From positions 639 to 64,638 of the forward strand of contig JBLNCF010000017.1 in NCBI GenBank assembly GCA_050260455.1: 64,000 bases of DNA. Direction: 5' to 3'. Numbering within the stretch: position 1 is the stretch's first letter; each line of letters opens with the position of its first letter. Shown in pieces: positions 45,956 through 55,576 of this stretch. Both the position numbers and the translations under genes were made by a program. This stretch comes from Bacillota bacterium. Lineage in GTDB: Bacteria > Patescibacteriota > Minisyncoccia > Phycocordibacterales > Phycocordibacteraceae. The notes beneath the pieces are model-generated. The model was not told where the DNA came from. It did no database searches and saw only the letters and a list, made by a program, of their open reading frames with translations.

Positions 45956-47248
45956 ATGCGCCCATTTCAAATCATCACCCTGTCCGTATTCGCTGTCCTC
46001 GCACTTCTCGGCCTCCTCCTCTTTGCTACGTTCAAAGGGACAGGCACGAATAAATCAGTGGGGAATGTGACGGTATGGGGAACACTCCCGGCCTCTGCAG
46101 TGAATGCGGCAATAGATGATTTGCGCCGCAACCACAAAGAATTCGGCACTATTACCTACGTTGAACGCGATCCCGGCACATTCGATTCAGATCTTTCCGA
46201 AGCTATTGCGTCCGGTTCAGGACCCGATCTTCTCATCACGACACAGGAACGTTTGCGTGCCGAGGCGAGCAAGCTGTCTGTCATTCCATTCTCTTCGATT
46301 CCCGAGCGCACCTATCGCGACACCTACTTGCCGATACATGAGCTCTTCCTCACCTCTACCGGGACCTACGGTATCCCTCTTGCCGTTGATCCGCTTGTGC
46401 TCTATTACAACCGTGCGACTCTCGTGAGTGCGAATGTGGCGCTGCCACCATCGACCTGGGAAGCAGTCGTCGGTTTAGCGCCTCATCTTACGGCACGCAC
46501 CGGCGTGGGTACTATACAAAAGAGTGCCATTGCCCTCGGTGCCTATGACAACATCCCGGCTGCGCGCGCGATCGTGTCGTTACTTCTGCTGCAATCGGGA
46601 AGTCATATTGTTGAGACAAGTACTGCTGGCACCCGGGGCGCGCTCACTACCGGGGTTGGACCGGATGCTTCTGGGGTGGCACCTGCAGAATCGGCGATGA
46701 ATTTCTACACCCAGTTCGCTGATCCGGCGAAGGTGGTGTATAGCTGGAATCGTTCACTTCCTGACGCACGACAAACCTTCATTTCTGGTGATACCGCGTT
46801 CTATATCGGATTTGCTTCCGAGCGGAGTTTGATCGCTGCGTCGAACCCTCACCTTGATTTCGACATGGCACCGATTCCGCAACCGCAGACGGCGGCTTCG
46901 AAAACTGACTACGGTATTGCGTATGCGTTTGCGCTACCGAAGGCGAGCGGAAACCCCACGGGAGCATTCCGCGTTGCTTCCGCACTCGCCTCCAAGGCAG
47001 AAGCGCCACTTCTGGTAAAGCCGGCTGGCATGGCGCCTGCAATACGCTCGTTGCTTACCCCCTCATCAAACGACGCATACGCTCCGGTCGTGTATTCGCA
47101 AGCGCTCATTGCTTCTGGTTGGCTGTCCCCATCGCCAGCCGTAACCGACCGGATCTTCGCTGCTATGATTAATAGCATCATCAGTGGAAGCGCGACGGTG
47201 CATGACGCGCTCTCTACGGCAGATGAATCACTCACCGCTGCACTCTAA
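45956..47248 (+). CDS. Secreted/lipid-anchored extracellular solute-binding-protein-like protein
   Basis: N-terminal TM/signal anchor, ~400-aa alpha/beta periplasmic-binding-protein-like region ('YGIPLAVDPLVLYYNRA'). Confidence 0.55.
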   Translation: MRPFQIITLSVFAVLALLGLLLFATFKGTGTNKSVGNVTVWGTLPASAVNAAIDDLRRNHKEFGTITYVERDPGTFDSDLSEAIASGSGPDLLITTQERLRAEASKLSVIPFSSIPERTYRDTYLPIHELFLTSTGTYGIPLAVDPLVLYYNRATLVSANVALPPSTWEAVVGLAPHLTARTGVGTIQKSAIALGAYDNIPAARAIVSLLLLQSGSHIVETSTAGTRGALTTGVGPDASGVAPAESAMNFYTQFADPAKVVYSWNRSLPDARQTFISGDTAFYIGFASERSLIAASNPHLDFDMAPIPQPQTAASKTDYGIAYAFALPKASGNPTGAFRVASALASKAEAPLLVKPAGMAPAIRSLLTPSSNDAYAPVVYSQALIASGWLSPSPAVTDRIFAAMINSIISGSATVHDALSTADESLTAAL

Positions 47249-47811
47249 TGGCTCTCCCGCTTAGAACATCTCGCATAGTAGGCTTTGTCATTTGCCTCTT
47301 TCTCCTGACTCCGTTTGCTTCTCATGCTGCAGTGGGTGACACCTGCGATATTTCTCACCCGTGTTCCACTGGCCTAACCTGTCAGCTTTCTTCTGATAAC
47401 AGTGGTGCTAAATGCGTTAGTGCGCCCGCCGGAACTGACTCGCAAAACACCGCACAAAATGGTGCGTCGGATCAAAATACTGCACAAAATGGTGCGTCGG
47501 ATCAAAATACTGGCTCCAACACCGACGCCTGCGGGAATGAAGAGGGAAAGCTCCACAATCCCCTTAAATTCTGCTCACTCCCCGAGTTGATGGACGGTAT
47601 TTTGCAGGCCGTGGTTGAGCTTGGCGCTATCCTCCTCATCTTCATGCTGGTATGGGTGGGCTTCCTCTTTGTCGCGGCACAGGGTAACCCGGAGAAGATT
47701 TCTGCAGCACGATCTGCACTCATTTGGGTGCTCATCGGCGGTCTCATCCTTCTCGGTGCCGAAGCAATCAGTAAGGTTATCGAGGCGACCGTAAACAGCC
47801 TAACGGTATGA
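47248..47811 (+). CDS. Pilin-like small secreted two-helix membrane protein (TrbC/VirB2-type architecture), paralog 1
   Basis: Signal peptide, Cys-rich and 'QNTAQNGASD' repeat region, then helix-'GNPEKISAARSALIWVLIG'-helix. Confidence 0.45.
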   Translation: MALPLRTSRIVGFVICLFLLTPFASHAAVGDTCDISHPCSTGLTCQLSSDNSGAKCVSAPAGTDSQNTAQNGASDQNTAQNGASDQNTGSNTDACGNEEGKLHNPLKFCSLPELMDGILQAVVELGAILLIFMLVWVGFLFVAAQGNPEKISAARSALIWVLIGGLILLGAEAISKVIEATVNSLTV

Positions 47812-48257
47812 TGCGCGCTGCACTACCACTTTTTCTATTCACCGCCTTTCTTGTCTTCCAGCCGGCACACGCGCAGACCTGTACGCCTGCTTGCGGCGAA
47901 GGCATGATCTGCGTCTATAAGGGTATTTCCGATAATCCCAACGATACAGCGTGCATCCCCCAAGAACAGAATGGAACCGTGGACGAGCTGGTGGTGACCG
48001 GTGCTCCCGTTCATCACACTACCTTTGCAGACCTAGTGTACAAGGGCATCGTTCCGTTCGTGGATAGTTTTGTGATTCCGTTCTTGTATGTCCTCGCTTT
48101 CCTATTCTTTCTCATCGGAATCGTGCGGTATTTCTTTATGGGCGGCGAGGAGCAGCGCCAGGCAGGCAAGACCTTTGTCGTGTGGGGTCTGGTTGGCATG
48201 GTGATCATCTTCGGGGTGTGGGCTATCGTACGTCTCCTCCTCGGCGTTATCCAGTAG
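47808..48257 (+). CDS. Pilin-like small secreted two-helix membrane protein, paralog 2
   Basis: Signal peptide, Cys-rich segment, 'FFMGGEEQRQAGKTFVVWGLVG' family motif between two hydrophobic helices. Confidence 0.5.
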   Translation: MMRAALPLFLFTAFLVFQPAHAQTCTPACGEGMICVYKGISDNPNDTACIPQEQNGTVDELVVTGAPVHHTTFADLVYKGIVPFVDSFVIPFLYVLAFLFFLIGIVRYFFMGGEEQRQAGKTFVVWGLVGMVIIFGVWAIVRLLLGVIQ

Positions 48258-48299
48258 GGGGAGTTGCTGGGTAAGACCTGCTTGGTACCCTTTAGTCAT

Positions 48300-48914
48300 A
48301 TGCATATTCTTCGCTCAGCTCTCCGTGCCGGTTTTGCCACGCTTACCTTGTTTCTCTTTGTCGGAGTCGCGCATGCGCAGGTTCCTGACACTAAGGGTGT
48401 CGACAACCTGGGCGTGTTTCTTCTCAAGGGCATCTATTTCATAGATCGTTATCTCGTTCCGGTCATCTTCGCTCTCGCATTTATTGTCTTCGTCATTGGT
48501 GTCTACCGGTTCTTCATCGCTGGTGCTACGAATGAAGAGAAGCGGCAGGAAGGGCAGAAATTTGTCGTGTATGGTCTCGTAGGATTCGTGCTCATGCTTT
48601 CCGTCTGGGGCATTGTGAACTTGCTTCTCAACACACTCGGTTTTAACCGGACTGCACGTCCTGACTTGCCCATATTCGGTGCACCAACTGACTACATGAA
48701 CAGCACGAAGACGAGCTTGCCAACCTCCAACACCAAAGATACAAGCAATACGACGAACTCAGGGACGCCTGATAACCTCCCTAACGGCGGCGAGGGGTGT
48801 ACCAAGGGAGCCAACGGTAGCTTCACGTGTCCGACGGATACTACGAAGACCCCCACCTCAAATACCACCCAGACCTCGGGATCCTTCAATTACGGTAATC
48901 CGCAGGACATTTAG
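48300..48914 (+). CDS. Pilin-like small secreted two-helix membrane protein, paralog 3 (with Thr/Asn-rich C-terminal tail)
   Basis: 'FFIAGATNEEKRQEGQKFVVYGLVG' motif; ORF 48264.. trimmed to Met 'MHILRSAL'. Confidence 0.45.
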   Translation: MHILRSALRAGFATLTLFLFVGVAHAQVPDTKGVDNLGVFLLKGIYFIDRYLVPVIFALAFIVFVIGVYRFFIAGATNEEKRQEGQKFVVYGLVGFVLMLSVWGIVNLLLNTLGFNRTARPDLPIFGAPTDYMNSTKTSLPTSNTKDTSNTTNSGTPDNLPNGGEGCTKGANGSFTCPTDTTKTPTSNTTQTSGSFNYGNPQDI

Positions 48915-49022
48915 TCCAGAAACCGTTTTCCACATCCTGGACGGGCCCAGATTGAAGCTGGTCAGGGCGCGCGTTATCCTATAAGGGAACACCTCCGCGG
49001 TTGTTTACAGTAATCACATCTT

Positions 49023-49382
49023 ATGAAGAAACTTGGCTTTATCGGTGCTGCTTTCGCGCTTCCATATCTGGCATTCGCCCAGATCAACAGCGCGTTCGAT
49101 GCGGGTCGCATCATCATCGACCTTATCAACAATGTTGCGGTGCCGATCGTTTTCGCTCTCGCATTCATCGTCTTCATCTGGGGTATCTTCCAGTACTTCA
49201 TTCAAGGAGGTCACGATGAGGAGAAGCGCGAAGGCGGTAAGCAGCTCATGCTGTGGGGCCTTATTGGCTTCTTCGTCATGGTTTCGGTCTGGGGCCTCGT
49301 GCATGTCCTTACCGGTACGTTCAATCTGAACTCGAACGTCCCGACGTATCCGACCGCGCCGTACACTACCCAGGGCCACTAG
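49023..49382 (+). CDS. Pilin-like small secreted two-helix membrane protein, paralog 4
   Basis: Signal peptide 'MKKLGFIGAAFALPYLAFA', 'FIQGGHDEEKREGGKQLMLWGLIG' motif. Confidence 0.5.
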   Translation: MKKLGFIGAAFALPYLAFAQINSAFDAGRIIIDLINNVAVPIVFALAFIVFIWGIFQYFIQGGHDEEKREGGKQLMLWGLIGFFVMVSVWGLVHVLTGTFNLNSNVPTYPTAPYTTQGH

Positions 49383-49447
49383 TCGCACCCATTTTCTCCA
49401 CGGAACCCCGCGTCTTATGGCGCGGGGTTCTGCTATTATGGGTATCA

Positions 49448-49711
49448 ATGGATGTCTTCCACGAATTCCTCGGCAAGATCGAGCAAGCAATCATTAATCC
49501 CCTCATTACTCTTATTGGACTTGCCGCGTTCGTCTTATTTGTGTGGGGTGTCGTCGAATTTATCGCTGGAGCGGGCAATGAAGAGAAGCGCACAAAAGGA
49601 CAGCAGCATATCATTTGGGGCATCATTGGTCTCGTCATAATGTTTGGCGCCAAGGCGATCATTATGATTGCGGCAAGTACCTTCGGTATTGACCTTCCGG
49701 AAGGAGTATAG
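49448..49711 (+). CDS. Pilin-like two-helix membrane protein, paralog 5 (no obvious cleavable signal)
   Basis: 'FIAGAGNEEKRTKGQQHIIWGIIG' motif; trimmed to Met 'MDVFHEF' at 49448. Confidence 0.4.
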   Translation: MDVFHEFLGKIEQAIINPLITLIGLAAFVLFVWGVVEFIAGAGNEEKRTKGQQHIIWGIIGLVIMFGAKAIIMIAASTFGIDLPEGV

Positions 49712-49763
49712 AAAGAGGCCCGACGCATGCGCCGGGCCTCGCTTCCTGTGCCACCGTCTGTGA

Positions 49764-50348
49764 TCAGCAGTGTTCGTCTGTCCATGCGTAGTGGTAGGGC
49801 AAATCGAACTCGTTCTGGTCAGCCGACATGAACGCCATGGCGTTCGCTGACACGTTGCCGAACGGTTGCATCGGAATCCAGTGGTCGGTCTCGGTGTAGT
49901 CGGGGTAGCGGTTGTCGTGATAGAACCGCTCGAACCCGTCTTTCACCGGATCGAGATCGGGACAGAGCTTCACCCCTTCCCCTTCGTAGGTGAGACGAGG
50001 GATGGGAACCGGCTCAGACCGGATGTTGTTCAGGTTGAGCGCCGGCACATGGACCGAACCCGAGGGCGGGAGTTGCGGCCGAGTCGGAGCGACCGGAGCA
50101 ACATTATCCGCCGTGGCCGGAGCACTGGCGACAGCAGTCGTAGCGCGGCCGTTCACCGGGTTGTAGTCCGTGTGGGGATGACAGTCCTTCAGAAGAAGGA
50201 GAATCACGATCCCCAGCAGGATGAAGATAATCGCCTTTGCGAAAAAGGGGACGGGGTGTCCGTGATGGTGATTACCCTTTTTGGCGTGCTTTTGTTCTGG
50301 AGCTTTCTTTTCGGGGTGTTCTTCCGAAGCGTGTGCTTGAGCGGCCAT
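49764..50348 (-). CDS. Hypothetical membrane-anchored protein with His-rich N-terminal segment
   Basis: Trimmed to Met 'MAAQAHASEEH' (the longer ORF runs into tRNA-Leu); 'KKGNHHHGHP', one TM, C-terminal soluble domain. Confidence 0.45.
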   Translation of the reverse strand: MAAQAHASEEHPEKKAPEQKHAKKGNHHHGHPVPFFAKAIIFILLGIVILLLLKDCHPHTDYNPVNGRATTAVASAPATADNVAPVAPTRPQLPPSGSVHVPALNLNNIRSEPVPIPRLTYEGEGVKLCPDLDPVKDGFERFYHDNRYPDYTETDHWIPMQPFGNVSANAMAFMSADQNEFDLPYHYAWTDEHC

Positions 50349-50438
50349 GCCGCGTCCTCCTGATCTCGTGGTGGCTATAGGAAGCAGAAACAACCTCTGC
50401 CTAAGGCAGAGAATATCATATTTGTATGAAAAGTCAAG

Positions 50439-50520
50439 TGCTGGGGAGAGGACTCGAACCTCCATGCCCGAAGGCGCCTGCTCCTAAGGCAAGTGCGTCT
50501 ACCAATTTCGCCACCCCAGC
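50439..50520 (-). tRNA. tRNA-Leu (anticodon TAG)
   Basis: Reverse complement: gctgggg...D-loop aaattggtag...anticodon arm cttgc-ctTAGga-gcagg, long variable arm, T-loop ttcgagt. Confidence 0.85.
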
Positions 50521-50556
50521 GGGTATAGGTACTATACCGGGAAGCGAAAGTGCCCG

Positions 50557-50964
50557 CTAGCATAAGCGGGCACCTGCTGCGCCTCGGGCGGCACGGAGCG
50601 TTGCTCTTGCGAGAATATCCACGCGATCTAAGAAAAGTCGACGAGCGTGATACTGCGCAATAGCTTCCTTGCCTTGAGGTCCGATAATGAACACACGGAT
50701 AATTGAGCATCCCTCCTCACGCGTTTGCTCCTCGTCCTCTATCACCCACTTTTCTTTGATGACGCGCTCCAAATCAATTCGCGTGTAGCGATGAGGCTCT
50801 GTCAGGTGTCCGCGCCATGCGTAGTTCCCGTTGTATTGCACATACAGCCGGGCATTAGTCTCTGGGCGATTGAGATGTTCAAGCACATCGATAACGTGGC
50901 GTGTGGGCAGAGTATAGGGATCCCACATCCCAGCCAGTTTGATGCGGGCTAGCACATTAGACAT
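50557..50964 (-). CDS. Hypothetical protein
   Basis: 135-aa ORF; the 3' end runs into a GC hairpin at 50550-50573 (putative terminator). Confidence 0.35.
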   Translation of the reverse strand: MSNVLARIKLAGMWDPYTLPTRHVIDVLEHLNRPETNARLYVQYNGNYAWRGHLTEPHRYTRIDLERVIKEKWVIEDEEQTREEGCSIIRVFIIGPQGKEAIAQYHARRLFLDRVDILARATLRAARGAAGARLC

Positions 50965-51028
50965 GTCCGTTCCTCCGGTCTGAAAGGAGGGTACTACATA
51001 TCAGATATTTTGTCGGCTTCCGCTATCG

Positions 51029-51104
51029 TGGTGCGCCCACTAGGACTCGAACCTAGGACCCTTCGCTTAAGAGGCGAGTGCTCTACCAACTGAGCTATGG
51101 GCGC
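51029..51104 (-). tRNA. tRNA-Lys (anticodon CTT)
   Basis: Reverse complement: gcgccca-ta-gctcagttggtagagc...loop ctCTTaa...T-arm ctagg-ttcgagt-cctag...tgggcgc-a-CCA; one C-A mismatch atop the anticodon stem. Confidence 0.8.
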
Positions 51105-51161
51105 AAAAAATCGCACCAGGCGATTATCCGCAGTATAGCGGAAAGTTCCGGAAGCGCCAGC

Positions 51162-52337
51162 TTATTCCACAACCCGCTCGAGGTGTGGAGCGATGTGGGC
51201 GAGGATGACGTATTCCGTCTCGCGGTAGTCGGGAGAACTCACCGTGTGGGCTATATTCGATACTGAATTGGGGTCAGACGGTGTACGACTGATGGCAATA
51301 ACGGGATCACCCACAGCCACATCTTCCACATGGGTGACATCGATGGACGTCATGTTCATAGAAACGCGTCCCACGATAGGACACATCGTACCGTTCACTA
51401 TCATGGCTCCGCGACTCGAAAGACGGCGGTCGATGCCCTCGTAGTATCCGACCGGAACGGTAGCAACGCGTATCGGATGATCGGCAGTATAGGTCGCGTT
51501 GTAGCCGATGGATGCTCCGGGACGAAGTTCACGAAGAGAAGTGATGAGCGTGCGGATTTCGAGCACTGGTGTGAGGGGTGTCTCCGTGTCAGGAGCCGTA
51601 TCAAAACCGTAGAGTCCTATACCTACCCGTGCTACGTTTGTGCCTGCTTCCTCCGCAAAGCGAATGCCTTTCGTGCCGGCCAGGTGACGGTATTCGATCG
51701 AGGGGAAGGTAGGAAGGAGTTCAGCCGCTGCACTCTTCCAGACTTCGAGCTGTCCTCGCGTAAAGGTATCGTCATCGTTGTCTGCATCAGCAAAATGCGA
51801 ACAGATTCCGACCAGTTCAAGAAGCGGCTCTCCTTTAAACAGATCTTCCGCATACGAGATATCGCCTATAGGTATGCCCTGACGATGCATACCGGTATCT
51901 ATCTTTAGGTGGAGACGCACGGGGCGGGTAACTACATCTGCCAGTTCTTGGAGCTGCTCAAGTGCGATGATTGCGAAGTCGATATGAGGAAGCTTGTTGC
52001 GCGCGATATCTTCTGGACGCACATATCCCATCACGACAATACGCGATCGGATGCCGGCACGACGTAAGCGTCGTGCTTCGTAATAGGAATCGACCATGAA
52101 GAAGGCAATCTTCTGCCGGTCGAGCAGGCGAGCAACCGTGCCCATGTCGTGACCGTATGCGTTTGATTTGAGTACCGGTGCTATACCAATGCCGGGATAG
52201 CGCTTCTGATAGCTCTTCAGATTATTGAGAAGGTTCTCGCGAGAAATGGAGACTTCCACCAGAGGGGTGTAGCCGGTAAGGTGTCGACGAATCTTACGAA
52301 GGGAAGAGCGAACGGTCATGAATATATAAAGTACCAC
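51162..52337 (-). CDS. alr: Alanine racemase
   Basis: PLP site 'VLKSNAYGHD'; full-length two-domain layout; possible alternative start at Met 52319. Confidence 0.85.
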   Translation of the reverse strand: MVLYIFMTVRSSLRKIRRHLTGYTPLVEVSISRENLLNNLKSYQKRYPGIGIAPVLKSNAYGHDMGTVARLLDRQKIAFFMVDSYYEARRLRRAGIRSRIVVMGYVRPEDIARNKLPHIDFAIIALEQLQELADVVTRPVRLHLKIDTGMHRQGIPIGDISYAEDLFKGEPLLELVGICSHFADADNDDDTFTRGQLEVWKSAAAELLPTFPSIEYRHLAGTKGIRFAEEAGTNVARVGIGLYGFDTAPDTETPLTPVLEIRTLITSLRELRPGASIGYNATYTADHPIRVATVPVGYYEGIDRRLSSRGAMIVNGTMCPIVGRVSMNMTSIDVTHVEDVAVGDPVIAISRTPSDPNSVSNIAHTVSSPDYRETEYVILAHIAPHLERVVE

Positions 52338-52357
52338 ACCGTTCCTGCTGGATTATT

Positions 52358-52444
52358 TGGTACCGAGGGCCGGACTCGAACCGGCACGGCTGTTTAGGCC
52401 CGCGGGGTTTAAGCCCGCTATGTCTACCATTCCATCACCTCGGC
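52358..52444 (-). tRNA. tRNA-Leu (anticodon TAA)
   Basis: Reverse complement: gccgagg...gcggg-ctTAAac-cccgc, long variable arm, ggttcgagtcc, CCA encoded. Confidence 0.85.
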
Positions 52445-52472
52445 TCTCGGGTATTTGTAGCACGAAATCAGG

Positions 52473-52544
52473 AGGCCAGGACGGGAATCGAACCCGTGCA
52501 TAGCGGTTTTGCAGACCGCCGTGTTACCACTTCACCACCTGGCC
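52473..52544 (-). tRNA. tRNA-Cys (anticodon GCA)
   Basis: Reverse complement: ggccagg...gcggt-ctGCAaa-accgc...acggg-ttcgatt-cccgt...cctggcc. Confidence 0.85.
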
Positions 52545-52565
52545 TATAGTTTGAATATAGCGCGG

Positions 52566-52892
52566 CTAGAGCTCCTTCGAAAGCTCGTCGAGGCGCTGCC
52601 GGTTCTGCTCACCGCTATCCTCCACAAACTTCACGAACGGAAGGATCGAGAAACGACCGTGCTTTTTTATATAATCACGGAACTCACTCGCATTGCGTTC
52701 GAGAAAGGAGAGCGCGTGTTCCATTTCTTGGTGGGGAAATACAGAGACGTAGATGGTGGCGTGCTTCGGACTATTACCGAACTCCACTCGTGTGGGAGTG
52801 ATGAGTGTGCTGCGACCAGCTTCACGTGCGATGAATTCCCCCGCCAGGTCACGGAGCTCGGATGCAGCCTTTTCGTCGCGGTGTTCCTTCAT
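52566..52892 (-). CDS. rbfA: Ribosome-binding factor A
   Basis: KH-like RbfA pattern ('IYVSVFPHQEMEHALSFLERNASEFRDYIKKH...ILPFVKFVED'); immediately downstream of infB. Confidence 0.8.
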   Translation of the reverse strand: MKEHRDEKAASELRDLAGEFIAREAGRSTLITPTRVEFGNSPKHATIYVSVFPHQEMEHALSFLERNASEFRDYIKKHGRFSILPFVKFVEDSGEQNRQRLDELSKEL

Positions 52893-52895
52893 ACG

Positions 52896-54374
52896 CTAGG
52901 ATTCGACGACACGGAAGGCGATGATGGTATCGCCGCCTGCGATATCCGCCTTAGTTTCAATCTGCATACCGAACTCGCCTTCCACATGGATCTCTTTCAC
53001 GTCAGCACGCGCCTGCTGCATGTTGGTAATCCTGCCGCGACCAAGGTCGATACCGCGACGATCAATCTTGACCTGATCACCAAGCGAGAGTTGACCAGAA
53101 AGCCATTTAGCACCGAGCACAATCTTGCCAGAGGAGGCGTTGAAGGTTTTGAGGATTTTGGCCTGTCCCAGCTCTTCTTCGACTGCGACCTTGGGAGCGT
53201 TCTTCAACACCAGTTCTTCCACGCGTTCCTTGAGTTCGTAAATGATGGTGTAGCTGTCGATGGAAACATCAGAACGATCTGCAAGATCCCGGGCGGTTGA
53301 ATCCGTACTCACATTGAAAGCAATGATGTGAGCACCTCCCGCTACCGCTGTTTTCACATCTCCTTCGGTGACCGCACCAATGCCTTCGGAGACAATGCGT
53401 ATTGCCACACGCTCGTGATCAATCTTTGCCAGTTCGTGCTTAATGGCGAGAATACTTCCTGTGACGTCTGCCTTCACAATGAGTGGCAGAACGACTTTGC
53501 CCGAGCTATCAGTCTCGGTGGATGCCTTCATAAGAGGCTTCTCGGATTCAGCAATCATTTTCTCGGCCTCTTTCTTTGTTGCCACCGTGCGGAACTGGGT
53601 ACCTGCGGGCGGTAGCTCACTCCAGCCAGAGATACGTATGGGCTGCGAAGGTCCCGCAGACGGAATGCGTGCTGCGGCAAAGTTCTCGATGAAGCGCACT
53701 GGAGCGTATGCGCCACCAGCGACCACGAATGAACCGGTCGAAAGCGAACCATTTTTAATAATGAGGGAGGCGGTGAGGCCCTGCTTCGGATCCTGCGAAG
53801 ATTCGAGCACGTATCCTTCAGCCGGGAGGTCAGGGTCAGCCGTGAGTTCCGCCAGATCTGCCGTGAGAAGAACAAGGTCAAGCAGTTCGGGGATACCGGC
53901 TCCGGATTTGGACGAAACACCGGTGAAAGGGATAGAACCACCAAGCCCCTCGAGGTAGATGCCGTTTTCCAGAGCAGAAATCTTGGCACGCTCGATATCA
54001 GCGCCTGGCTTATCTATCTTAGTAAAGGCGACGACGATGGGAGTGCCTGCCTCGGTCGCTGCTTCGTAGGCTTCCATGGTCTGGGGTTTAATACCCTCCT
54101 CGGCTGCGATAACGAGGATGGCAATGTCAGCTGCCGTTGCACCACGGGCACGAAGAGCACGAAACGCTTCATGTCCTGGAGTATCGAGGAAGGTTATGTG
54201 TCGTTCCGTACCCTCATGCTCGTGCACTGCTTCGTACGCAGAAACATGCTGGGTAATGCCACCCGCTTCACCTGCGGTGACATTGGTTTTGCGTATATAG
54301 TCGAGCAGGGAAGATTTTCCATGATCGATGTGACCCATTACGGCCACGATGGGTGGTCGGACGCTAGACGCCAT
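52896..54374 (-). CDS. infB: Translation initiation factor IF-2 (short form, no N-terminal extension)
   Basis: G-domain '[18 protein letters not shown]', 'DTPGH'; trimmed to Met 'MASSVRPP' at 54374 (the ORF-track start 54449 would overlap the divergent desulfurase gene). Confidence 0.9.
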   Translation of the reverse strand: MASSVRPPIVAVMGHIDHGKSSLLDYIRKTNVTAGEAGGITQHVSAYEAVHEHEGTERHITFLDTPGHEAFRALRARGATAADIAILVIAAEEGIKPQTMEAYEAATEAGTPIVVAFTKIDKPGADIERAKISALENGIYLEGLGGSIPFTGVSSKSGAGIPELLDLVLLTADLAELTADPDLPAEGYVLESSQDPKQGLTASLIIKNGSLSTGSFVVAGGAYAPVRFIENFAAARIPSAGPSQPIRISGWSELPPAGTQFRTVATKKEAEKMIAESEKPLMKASTETDSSGKVVLPLIVKADVTGSILAIKHELAKIDHERVAIRIVSEGIGAVTEGDVKTAVAGGAHIIAFNVSTDSTARDLADRSDVSIDSYTIIYELKERVEELVLKNAPKVAVEEELGQAKILKTFNASSGKIVLGAKWLSGQLSLGDQVKIDRRGIDLGRGRITNMQQARADVKEIHVEGEFGMQIETKADIAGGDTIIAFRVVES

Positions 54375-54438
54375 AAGTGGAGGGATTATGTCATAAAAAT
54401 AGTGGTTTTCCAAGCCGCGAAATGCTAGAACAGAAGAC

Positions 54439-55569
54439 ATGTGGGGCACACGTAAGCGCAGCTATCTGGACTGGGCGGCGGCGAGCCCAGTTTCTCCTGA
54501 AGCGGAACGGGTATTCCGAGCGGCCCTCCCATATTCCGGGAATCCAAACGCACTCCATGGTGAAGCACGAGCGGCTAGAGCGCTCCTTGAAGAGGCGCGT
54601 ACCAACATTGCGCGCCTAGCAGAGATGAAGCCCGAAGGAGTAGTATTCACCTCGGGCGCTACTGAAGCGAACGCACTTGCCATTCTCGGTGCAGTGCGAG
54701 CCAGAGGAGTATCAGGTGCACATGTGCTCTATCATCCCGCGCAGCATGCGTCGGTCATCGGCGCTGTCGAGATGTTGAAGGAAGAAGGTGTATCGGTGGA
54801 AGAAATCGATATTGCGAAACTGGCGTCGCAGATTCGTCCGGACACTGTTCTGGTCACCATGGATCTTGTATGTGGGGAGACAGGCACCCGTCATGACACT
54901 CTCGCGGTTCGTCGCACCCTTGATGCTTTTCGCGCAGGCATCCTGTTGCATGTGGATGCTAGTCAGGCGCCGTTTGCCGAATCATTCATGCTCTCGCATG
55001 TCGGTGCAGACATGCTCTCACTTGATGCGCAGAAAGTGGGAGGCATACGGGGCATCGGTGCGCTTCTGTTGCGGCGGGGGATTACGCTTGCACCGCTTAT
55101 GCGAGGTGGTGGACAGGAGAGAGGTAGGCGCCCCGGCACCGAGAGTCCAGCGCTCGCACTTGCGTTCTCGGTTGCGCTTCGCGAAGCAGCGGAAGGACGT
55201 CAGAAATTTGTGGAACGCGCGACATCGATGCGCAACAACCTCCTTATGCGCATGCGTGAGCTCCCGAATATTGAAGTGAATGAGGGTGCGGAGAAAGTCC
55301 CCCACATTCTCAACGTCTCATGTATAGGACGAGATACCGATTATCTTGTCATGCTCCTCGACAAAGCAGGGTTTGCTGTCTCAACTAAGAGCGCCTGCGA
55401 AACAGATGCTACGGGATCTCGCGCAGTGCTTGCCTATACGGGGGATGCTACCCGTGCCGAAGCAACGCTCCGTATTTCCTGGGGGCCGGTAACGAAAGAA
55501 CGGGAGCTTATCCGATTTGCCGATGCTTTTGCAGAGGCTATTCGTTTCCTTGACGAGAAAACGATATAA
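54439..55569 (+). CDS. Class V aminotransferase / cysteine desulfurase (IscS/NifS-like)
   Basis: 'SGATEANALAI', 'HVDASQA', PLP-Lys region 'SLDAQKVGG'; 376 aa. Confidence 0.8.
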   Translation: MWGTRKRSYLDWAAASPVSPEAERVFRAALPYSGNPNALHGEARAARALLEEARTNIARLAEMKPEGVVFTSGATEANALAILGAVRARGVSGAHVLYHPAQHASVIGAVEMLKEEGVSVEEIDIAKLASQIRPDTVLVTMDLVCGETGTRHDTLAVRRTLDAFRAGILLHVDASQAPFAESFMLSHVGADMLSLDAQKVGGIRGIGALLLRRGITLAPLMRGGGQERGRRPGTESPALALAFSVALREAAEGRQKFVERATSMRNNLLMRMRELPNIEVNEGAEKVPHILNVSCIGRDTDYLVMLLDKAGFAVSTKSACETDATGSRAVLAYTGDATRAEATLRISWGPVTKERELIRFADAFAEAIRFLDEKTI

Positions 55570-55576
55570 TACGGAC

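Noticed and set aside
50349-50465. 5' extension of ORF 49764..50465
   Set aside because: Runs into tRNA-Leu(TAG); trimmed to the internal Met with His-rich N-terminus.
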